Source of the DNA: Acidobacteriota bacterium | GTDB lineage: Bacteria > Acidobacteriota > UBA6911 > RPQK01 > JAJDTT01 | Assembly (NCBI GenBank): GCA_965263035.1 | Contig: OZ253580.1 | Coordinates: forward strand, 3,712,001-3,776,000 | Length of the DNA: 64,000 nt | Reading direction: 5' to 3' | Part shown: positions 29,428 through 36,702 of the stretch, piece after piece | Numbering within the stretch: position 1 is the first letter of the stretch | Layout of the letters: each line of letters begins with the position of its first letter | Made by a program: the position numbers and the translations under genes | The notes under the pieces: generated by a model | Told to the model about the DNA's origin: nothing | Seen by the model: the letters and a program-made list of their open reading frames with translations, nothing else | The model's database searches: none

Positions 29428-31077
29428 TTGTTGCGAAAGAAAAGGTTTCAGGTCGATCGCCGGCGATTCCTGGTGGGGACGGCGGGCGCCATGGGACCGG
29501 CCTTCTTCGGACGCCTGCCGCTCCCGCTGCTGGCGAGTCAAGGTGCCCCGTCCCCGGTTCCAGCTTGGGATGCCGGCCGCGTGCGGCATCTCCTGCCTAC
29601 CGTCAGCGATTCCCGAGTGCTGATCAAGGCCTCCTTCGACCGGCCGTTGGCGGCCTCACCCAGACTTCGGATCGGAGCTGCCGAGATAGCGGGCCGGATG
29701 AACGACACGGCGGGCGTTTTCTGGCAGTTCTACGCCACCGGCCTGGAGCCGGATAAACGATATTCCCTGTCCCTGTCGGGCGGCGACGGACGAGCCTTGT
29801 GTGAACCGTGGACGCTTTCAACCTTTCCGGCCCCCGATGCCCGTCCCGAACGGTTCCGGCTGCTCTTTTTCACCTGTGCGGGCGGTCCGGGCGGGACCTA
29901 TTCAGGGATCGGTAAACGGAGCAGCTTCCTCCCCGCCGCCATCCGCAATCGGCTCCTCCGGCGCGCGCTGTCGTTCCGGCCGGATGCCGCCGTGGCCAAC
30001 GGTGACCACATGTATTGGGATCTCCACACCTGGTTGGGAGACAGCGTCGGCGAACTCAGTCCCGGCGGGCGGGACTCCGACTTCGATTTTTCGGCTTCTC
30101 CGTTCGGCGGCAGCAACGAAGCGGCACTGAAGGCGGCGGCCGGGCCGCAGATCGTACCGGTGTACGGCTCGGACTTCAGATCGACGCCGGTGTTCTTCCT
30201 GCAGGACGACCACGACCACTGGGAGAACGACGCCGCCAGCGACGAAATCGTCAACTTTCCCATCCCCTGGTTCCAGCTGCAGTTGGCCCGGGCGACCCAG
30301 CAGCTCTACTATCCGGAGTTTCTTCCCGACGTCCGGCGGCCGGCGGGATTGCCCTGGTCCGGCGCTGGGGACCGGGGCGGCCTGTCCGAGAGCTTCGGGA
30401 CCATCCGTTACGGGGGGCTCGCGGAGGTTCTGCTCTACGACGTGCGCCGCACGCTGAGCCTGGCGGGACCCACCGCGGTCTTCGTCGATGGACAGGTCGA
30501 GAAGTGGTTGCTGGAGCGCACCCGCTCGACCGAGGTGCGGCACTTGGTCCACGCTCCCTCGAACCCGTTCGGGTGGAGCGCGGGGAAGTGGGGCGAATGG
30601 TATCCGGACGTGCTGGATTGGGAGGCGGGCGCCCTTACGACGGCTGTTCCGAAGCCGTACTGGCAATCGGGATGGCTCAAGCAACACGATCGGCTGGTGC
30701 AGGCGATTGCCGCCCAGCCCAGCCGCGTCCCGCTGGTGGTCAGCGGAGACCTTCATGCCATCGGCGTGGGGCGGATGCATCGCGCGGGGAAGCTCGACCT
30801 GAAGGCCAACCCGTTGACCACGGTGCTGAGCGGCCCCATCGGCACCTCGATCCGGGGATTTCCGTCGGTGGTCCGCGGTATCGGCGCAACGCCGCCGGCG
30901 CACCTGGACCTGGAGGAGACGGTTCCGCCGGTCGAGCAACACGGATTCACCCTGGCGGACTTTCTGGCCGACCGGATCGTGTTGCGGCAGTACAAATGGG
31001 ACGTGAACAGTCAGCCGCTGGAGGCCATCGACAACCTGGAGCCGTTCCAAACGACGGAGCTGGGAGCCGGTAGCTGA
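29428..31077 (+). CDS. Tat-exported PhoD-like metallophosphatase
   Basis: DRRRFLVG; NGDHMYWD, QDDHDHWEND and SGDLH. Confidence 0.75.
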   Translation: MLRKKRFQVDRRRFLVGTAGAMGPAFFGRLPLPLLASQGAPSPVPAWDAGRVRHLLPTVSDSRVLIKASFDRPLAASPRLRIGAAEIAGRMNDTAGVFWQFYATGLEPDKRYSLSLSGGDGRALCEPWTLSTFPAPDARPERFRLLFFTCAGGPGGTYSGIGKRSSFLPAAIRNRLLRRALSFRPDAAVANGDHMYWDLHTWLGDSVGELSPGGRDSDFDFSASPFGGSNEAALKAAAGPQIVPVYGSDFRSTPVFFLQDDHDHWENDAASDEIVNFPIPWFQLQLARATQQLYYPEFLPDVRRPAGLPWSGAGDRGGLSESFGTIRYGGLAEVLLYDVRRTLSLAGPTAVFVDGQVEKWLLERTRSTEVRHLVHAPSNPFGWSAGKWGEWYPDVLDWEAGALTTAVPKPYWQSGWLKQHDRLVQAIAAQPSRVPLVVSGDLHAIGVGRMHRAGKLDLKANPLTTVLSGPIGTSIRGFPSVVRGIGATPPAHLDLEETVPPVEQHGFTLADFLADRIVLRQYKWDVNSQPLEAIDNLEPFQTTELGAGS

Positions 31078-31270
31078 CGCACACCGGCGAGGAAGTCGTC
31101 CCGCGAACCCGGCTTCCAGGGAAGAGAGGAAAAGCAGGAAAGAGGAAAGAGTGAAGAAAGGCGGGTAGTTTACGCGTCGCGGGGCGCCGTCGGCGGGGAA
31201 GCTTCAAAAAATCAGATCGTCCCCGGTTTCGCTTACAGACCTCTTCTCTCTTTCCTCTTCTAAGAAACAA

Positions 31271-31984
31271 GGAGGGGCGACTGTGCGCCAGGCTAACTGG
31301 CACAAGATAGGCGGTGAAAGTCCGCTGAAACGAAAGGACTAACCATCCACGTTTCTCCGCGAGCCGTGCGTGGGCGTCCGTGAGGGCGTCGGCGAAGCGT
31401 CGGTAGCGGTGCGTATGGGCAGGCTATTGAGCATCGAAAGCTCCTTGATCGGAAGTGCCGAGGCTGTAGTCGCGGTCGAAGGCAACACTGGCTGGACCGC
31501 CAAGGTGAGGGACGGCCGGGCTCCGCGGTGTCAAAGAACCCATGCACGTACGTACATCTGGTGTCGGGACCTGGGAGGGCTTGGTCTCTCCCCGGCGAGA
31601 GCCGGGGCCTCGTGGGAAAGGAGAAAGCCGTAACCCATGAGGGGAAAGAGCAAGCAATCGGATACATCCATAGTAGTGATGAAGCGGGCGAACAAGGAGG
31701 GGGAACTCTCTGCGGAGTCGGTGGAGCGAAGGGGTGGAACCAAGGGGAATTCGGCTCACCAAAGTACGGACCGGACTCAGAGCCGGGCTACCGTGACACA
31801 GGCGGGGGTCGGATACGGCGGGCGTCGCGACCTGCCGTCATTACCTGAGGTAGGAGCCGTGTGCCTTAACGGGCACGCACGGATCTGCGCGGGGGGCGCT
31901 GGGCAACCGGTGTCCCTACCGCGACTCCAGTCGCCCATTCCTCCATGCTCCACCGGAGTTCGGCGGTTGGAAACCGGCGCTCCT
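31271..31984. repeat. REP-doublet family C copy interrupted by the group II intron
   Basis: Removing 31283-31925 restores GGAGGGGCGACT|TCCAGTCGCCC...GGCGGTTGGAAACCGGCGCTCCT. Confidence 0.75.
31283..31925 (+). mobile_element. ORF-less group II intron (IIB-like, resembles bacterial class E), 643 nt
   Basis: 5' GTGCG; domain V GAGCCGTGTGCCTTAACGGGCACGCACGGATC; domain VI ending CCCTACCGCGAC; EBS1 AGTCGC (31468-31473) pairs with IBS1 GCGACT (31277-31282); EBS2 CTCCTTG (31441-31447) pairs with CAAGGAG (31268-31274); no RT ORF. Confidence 0.9.
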
Positions 31985-32052
31985 ACCCTTTTTCTACCGG
32001 GCGTCCGCCGGACCGGGCCGGTGGGGGAGCTTTTCTCCTTTCCTCTCCGACC

Positions 32053-33084
32053 CTACCAGTGGACCCGGAACTTGAGGATCTGGTGTCCCGCCTGGATGAA
32101 GACCAGCCCCTCGTCCGTCCGGCTGACGGCCACGGCGTGGTGCCGCCCTCCCGCGTGGTCGAACAACCCTTCGGCGTCGTCCGACGTGATCGTGACCAGG
32201 AGGTCTCCGTCCTTGCTCAGAATCCACAAGAATCGATGCTGAGGACCGACGGGGACCACCGGGCCGATTCCGGCGATGTCGGGCGGACAGTGGAAGCCGG
32301 CGGCGTAGATGTTCTCCCGGCTGTCGACGCAGATTTGGCGAGGTTGAAAAATCACGCCGTCGCCGACGGACCTCCGGTAGTTGCCGTGGAGGTCGAACAC
32401 CTGGATGCGGTTGTTCTCGGTGTCGGAGACGTACAGATGGCTGCTGACGGGGCCCACGGCCAAGCCGTACGGACCCTCGGGAGAGGTCGCGCCGCGGCCG
32501 ATCTCGTGGCCATAGCGGCCCCGCAGCGGTGACCTGCCGCCAAATCGGCCGGGACCCTCGCCATGCCCCCCGAACGCCGTCAGGAAACGGCCGCGGTGAT
32601 CGAATTTCTGAACCCGGTTGTTTCCGCCCAGATAGGTGTGGGTGTCGCTGACGTAGATGTGGCCGTCGGCGTCGAAGGCCAGACCGTTGGGACCCGCGCC
32701 GCCGAACTGACCGGGCCCGTTGCCGTAGCTGCCGAACATCATCCGGAAGGAACCGCTGGAATCGAATTTCTGAACCCGATTGTTCCAGGAGTCGCCGACG
32801 AAGAGGTTGTCGTCCGGATCGACCCCGATGCCCCGGAACATGAAGAATTGCCCGGGTGCGGTGCCGTGACGCGGCCGCCCGTCCGCTCCGACGGCCCCCA
32901 GCGACCACAACGGCTCCCCGTCGGGGCTGATCCTCTGGACCCGGTGGTTAGTCTCGTCGGCGACCAGGATGCGGCCGCGGCCGTCGGACGCGAGGCCCTC
33001 GGGATTGTGAAACTGTCCCGGCAGACGGCCCCCCTGCTTGGGACCGAAAGCGCTCAGAAGCTCGATTCCGGGACCCGTCACCAT
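32053..33084 (-). CDS. NHL-repeat beta-propeller protein
   Basis: Repeats of PxGxA/VD...DxxNxRVQKF (VADETNHRVQ, DSWNNRVQKF, SDTENNRIQVF). Confidence 0.85.
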   Translation of the reverse strand: MVTGPGIELLSAFGPKQGGRLPGQFHNPEGLASDGRGRILVADETNHRVQRISPDGEPLWSLGAVGADGRPRHGTAPGQFFMFRGIGVDPDDNLFVGDSWNNRVQKFDSSGSFRMMFGSYGNGPGQFGGAGPNGLAFDADGHIYVSDTHTYLGGNNRVQKFDHRGRFLTAFGGHGEGPGRFGGRSPLRGRYGHEIGRGATSPEGPYGLAVGPVSSHLYVSDTENNRIQVFDLHGNYRRSVGDGVIFQPRQICVDSRENIYAAGFHCPPDIAGIGPVVPVGPQHRFLWILSKDGDLLVTITSDDAEGLFDHAGGRHHAVAVSRTDEGLVFIQAGHQILKFRVHW

Positions 33085-34208
33085 TCCACCCGGTAGCTGA
33101 AGATCAGATGATCGCCCTGCACGTAGGCGATGCTCTCGTCCAACCGGTTCAGGGCGAGGCCGTATCCATGTGCGTGAAGGCCCGCACCGTACCGGTGCCG
33201 CATCAGATCATGGGTCGCGGTAAGTCCGATCTTGCCCAGAAGGGACCCGGCGGCCGAGAAGACCCATACCCAGCGGGCTTCGGCCTCCAACCTCCACTTG
33301 CCGGGCCGATTCAGGTTTTGGACCGCCATAGGCGGCTCGTGCATGTGGACTCCTGATACGTAGATTCGCCCATTGCCGTCGACCGCCACTTGGCGCGGGC
33401 GAAAGATCTCTCCGGCGCCGATATGGACGGGAGGGACGGACCGCCCCCGGAAGCCGATCACTCGATCGTTGTCGCAGTCGGCGACGTAGACGGTGCCGCC
33501 GCGGAGGTGCTCCTCCGCAAGGTGTCCGGCTTGTGTGTTGACGGCGATGCCGGCCGGCCCGATGGGACCCGGACCGATTCCGGGCCCGTGATCGAAGCCG
33601 TACTGGCGAATGGGAGCAGCCCCGCCGAACTGCCGGGGCCCGGTGCCATAGCTTCCGAAGTGCTCCAGGTAATCGCCGCCGGGAGTGAACAGTTGGACCC
33701 TGTGGTTGCCGCCGTCTGCAGTGTGGCTGTCGCTGACCAGCACCCGTCCCTGCTCGTCGACGGCGATCCCCAGTGGTCCGTCTCCGCCGAATTGCCCGGG
33801 AGCGTTTCCCCAGCTCCCGAAAAGAGTCAGCAGGTCGCCCTCCGGTGAGAATTTCTGGACCCGGCAGTTCCGGCTGTCGGCGGCGTAGACGTTGTTCCGG
33901 GGGTCCACGGCGATGGCCTGGGGACTGTCGAACTCCGACTGGGCGGTGCCGCGTCGGGGTCTCCCGGCCGAGTCCTGGGTGCCGACGGCCCAGAGCCGGC
34001 GGCCGTCCCGGTCCGGCTTCACGATTCGGTGATTGCCGGTGTCGGCGACCAGGAGGTTTCCCTCATAGTCCGATGCCAGGGCCGACGGATTACGATACGC
34101 GGACTCGCCATGACCACCCTCAAAGACACCCCAAGTCGCCAGAAGACTGACCTTTGGCCCGCCCACGCCGATTCCTCCAATCCGCATTTCTCGACGGGGG
34201 CATAGCAT
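33078..34208 (-). CDS. NHL-repeat beta-propeller protein (tandem paralog)
   Basis: ADTGNHRIVK, ADSRNCRVQKF, GGNHRVQLF; overlaps the downstream paralog start. Confidence 0.85.
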   Translation of the reverse strand: MLCPRREMRIGGIGVGGPKVSLLATWGVFEGGHGESAYRNPSALASDYEGNLLVADTGNHRIVKPDRDGRRLWAVGTQDSAGRPRRGTAQSEFDSPQAIAVDPRNNVYAADSRNCRVQKFSPEGDLLTLFGSWGNAPGQFGGDGPLGIAVDEQGRVLVSDSHTADGGNHRVQLFTPGGDYLEHFGSYGTGPRQFGGAAPIRQYGFDHGPGIGPGPIGPAGIAVNTQAGHLAEEHLRGGTVYVADCDNDRVIGFRGRSVPPVHIGAGEIFRPRQVAVDGNGRIYVSGVHMHEPPMAVQNLNRPGKWRLEAEARWVWVFSAAGSLLGKIGLTATHDLMRHRYGAGLHAHGYGLALNRLDESIAYVQGDHLIFSYRVEW

Positions 34209-34387
34209 AGCGAAAGAAGAGCCCCACGCAACAGCATTTCAGGGGCGAAGAGTCGTCTGCCGCGTAAGGGACGGCTTTCGAAAGGGAGGGTGTCGAGTGG
34301 ACGGAGTGGGATTTCCCTGTACTATACAAAACGGTTTCCTACATCGGAATACAGCCTCTGGAGGTGGACGCCGCATCACGATATCCA

Positions 34388-34427
34388 GGAGTCTGCGCGG
34401 TAGATTAATTTCTGCGGCGCAGGCTCC
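34388..34427 (+). mobile_element. Family A MITE, internally deleted 40-bp copy (A4)
   Basis: GGAGTCTGCGCGGTAGA joined directly to TTAATTTCTGCGGCGCAGGCTCC, followed by TAG. Confidence 0.75.
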
Positions 34428-34467
34428 TAGGGTGAGAGTTTCGCGTGGCGGGAACTGGAGAAACGAA

Positions 34468-35652
34468 ATGCGCAACGTAATTTGCATCCTCGCCGTCTTG
34501 CTGGTGCCGTTTTCGGCCGTTGCCTCGAACCACAACGTCCTCACGCCCGAAGAGGTCGCGGCCGGATGGATCCTGCTCTGGGACGGCAAGACCGAATACG
34601 GCTGGGAGTGGCACGGGGACGCGCGCTGGAAGGTGGACGACGGAGTGCTGCGATCCGACGGCGGCGGGTACGGGTGGCTCGGCACCACCAGCAGGTTCGG
34701 GGACTTCGAGCTCAAGTTGGAGTTTCGCACCGCGGAGGAAGGGAACAGCGGCATCTTTCTGCGCTCAGCCCGGAGGGGTCCGCCCCACGAGACCGGGTAC
34801 GAACTTCAGATCTACAACCGGCAGCCGCAGGGCTACAACACGGGCAGCCTGGTCTTCTACGTCCAAGCCGAACCCGCCCGGTTCGAGGGCGACCAGTGGA
34901 ACCAATACGAAGTTCGGGCCGTGGGAAGCCGCTTCGTCGTGAAACTCAATGGGAAGCCGGTCCTCGACGCCAATGACTCCTCGCATACCGTGGGTGTGAT
35001 CGGGCTGCAATACAACGTGGACAAACCCATCGAGTTCCGCAACCTCAAGCTCAAGCCTCTGGGGTTGAGCCCGCTGTTCAACGGACAGGATCTGAGCGGT
35101 TGGCGGAAGGTCGATCGCCCCAACCGGGACGACGTGCATGAATGGTCGGTGCGGGACGGCATTCTCCACGTCGAGAAGGGAGCCGGCCAGTTGGAGACCG
35201 AGAAGGAGTTCAAGAATCTCGTGCTGCAACTGGCGATCCGCACCAACCCGCCCCACGCCGGGCACCATCCCAACAGCGGAGTCTTCTTCCGGGGGGAGAA
35301 GGGGGTCTTCTGGAGCGGGTACGAGTCCCAGATCCGCAACGAGTTCCGCAACGGCGACCGCAGGCAGCCCCATGACTTCGGCACCGGGGGCCTCTACTTC
35401 TACGTCCCGGCCCGCCGAGTCATCCCCGAAGATGGAAAGTTCTTTTACAAGACGGTCATCGCCCACGGCCGCCATCTTGCGGTCTGGGTCAACGGCGTCC
35501 AGACCAGCGACTGGGAAGACCCGCGGCCGCCCGGGAACTATGCAAGGCGCCAAGCCCGCCTGGTTCCTGGTGTCGTCAGCCTTCAGGCCCACGATCCCAC
35601 GACCAATCTGGACTTCAAGAACATCCGTGCCGTGGAGTTGCCGGAGCGTTAA
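34468..35652 (+). CDS. Tandem DUF1080 (3-keto-disaccharide hydrolase-like) exported protein
   Basis: Two domains each with LWDG/LFNG, NSGIF/NSGVF, YELQI/YESQI and FRNLK/FKNIR; signal peptide. Confidence 0.85.
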   Translation: MRNVICILAVLLVPFSAVASNHNVLTPEEVAAGWILLWDGKTEYGWEWHGDARWKVDDGVLRSDGGGYGWLGTTSRFGDFELKLEFRTAEEGNSGIFLRSARRGPPHETGYELQIYNRQPQGYNTGSLVFYVQAEPARFEGDQWNQYEVRAVGSRFVVKLNGKPVLDANDSSHTVGVIGLQYNVDKPIEFRNLKLKPLGLSPLFNGQDLSGWRKVDRPNRDDVHEWSVRDGILHVEKGAGQLETEKEFKNLVLQLAIRTNPPHAGHHPNSGVFFRGEKGVFWSGYESQIRNEFRNGDRRQPHDFGTGGLYFYVPARRVIPEDGKFFYKTVIAHGRHLAVWVNGVQTSDWEDPRPPGNYARRQARLVPGVVSLQAHDPTTNLDFKNIRAVELPER

Positions 35653-35812
35653 CAGCCCGTGGCAAAAGTCGTCACGGCATTCGACCGTCCCTGCATCGTG
35701 CGCGGACTGCGTTGCTATCGGCTCACATACTCCCGGTATGCTCCCTCCGTTGCGCCTGGTCCGGCGGGCGCAGGAACGGTCTCGGTGCTCGCGGGACTTT
35801 CACCACGGACTG
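35653..35812 (+). mobile_element. Palindromic MITE-like repeat family B, copy B1 (160 bp)
   Basis: Terminal inverted repeats CAGCCCGTGGCAAAAGTC / GACTTTCACCACGGACTG; CATAC-TCCCG-GTATG apex; flanked by TTAA on both sides. Confidence 0.85.
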
Positions 35813-35882
35813 TTAACGGTCCAAGTCGGATATCGCGACCGAGTCGGCGGTGGGCCTCGCCAGGAATCCTGTATCTGCAGTC

Positions 35883-36674
35883 TCAGGTCCCTGGTCCCTT
35901 TCCGGCGTTGATGCCGAGCTGTCGCCGATATGCCTCGAGCGAGAGCAGGTCCTCCGGCATCACATTCCCCACGTTCACCTCGGGCCCGAATCGATCCACC
36001 AGATCGCGCCGCATCCGATGGATAAGGTGGGACTGAACATCGGGGATCCAGGGTCCCGGCAGTTCGAACATGACTCGATCGAGACCGACGGCCACGACCG
36101 TTTCGTCGACCTCGCGCCGGGTCGCGGCGTCGGCGTGGACCAATTCCGCGGCCTCCACCAGAATGATGCTGGCGCCGGCATCGAGGCAGGCCCTGGCGTC
36201 CTCGGCGAAGCTGGGACCGTGTGAGAACCCCTCCTTCTTACCGACTTCCCCCAGGACGCCCATTCCGAATACGGTCACGGCCTCCTCGATGACCTCGACC
36301 TTCCATTCCAGAGGAACATCGGCGACGTTGTCGGAAACCTCGATCCAGCGGTATCCGGCCCGTTGGCAGGCCGGAAGGTAGAGATCGGCCTTCCCGTGGA
36401 TGTGGGCGTACTCCAGATACTGCCCTCCGGGGAAAGGCTCGATCCGGTGGGCCCGGTAGGCGTCGATCTTCTCGGCCAGGACTTCGTCCGTGAGCAGTCG
36501 TGACAGGCCGACGGCGATCTTGGCGAAGTCGATATAAGGGGCCGCGGTGGCGGTCAGGTCATTCTGCCGACCGGGTCCCAGGCCCCAATCCACGACCATG
36601 GTCAGACCCGACGGCCGGGGCTTTCGGCTGCGGGGAGCGCCGTCCAGGCCGGCGAAAATGTGTCGTTCGTTCAT
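35883..36674 (-). CDS. comA: Phosphosulfolactate synthase (ComA) family protein
   Basis: RKPRPSGLTMVVDWGL, YIDFAK, PGGQYLE, IEVSD, EVGKK, MFE and VNVGNV. Confidence 0.75.
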   Translation of the reverse strand: MNERHIFAGLDGAPRSRKPRPSGLTMVVDWGLGPGRQNDLTATAAPYIDFAKIAVGLSRLLTDEVLAEKIDAYRAHRIEPFPGGQYLEYAHIHGKADLYLPACQRAGYRWIEVSDNVADVPLEWKVEVIEEAVTVFGMGVLGEVGKKEGFSHGPSFAEDARACLDAGASIILVEAAELVHADAATRREVDETVVAVGLDRVMFELPGPWIPDVQSHLIHRMRRDLVDRFGPEVNVGNVMPEDLLSLEAYRRQLGINAGKGPGT

Positions 36675-36702
36675 CCGGGATCAACCCACGAGTCGGCTGG
36701 TG

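Noticed and set aside
31120-31262. Purine-rich AGGAAAG-like tract and partly complementary pyrimidine tract upstream of the intron (similar tract at about 16661)
   Set aside because: Low-complexity sequence with imperfect pairing; no supportable function.
31370-32242. Short ORFs overlapping the intron (e.g. 31637-32242) as a possible intron-encoded protein
   Set aside because: No RT motifs (no YADD); they simply read through ribozyme domains.
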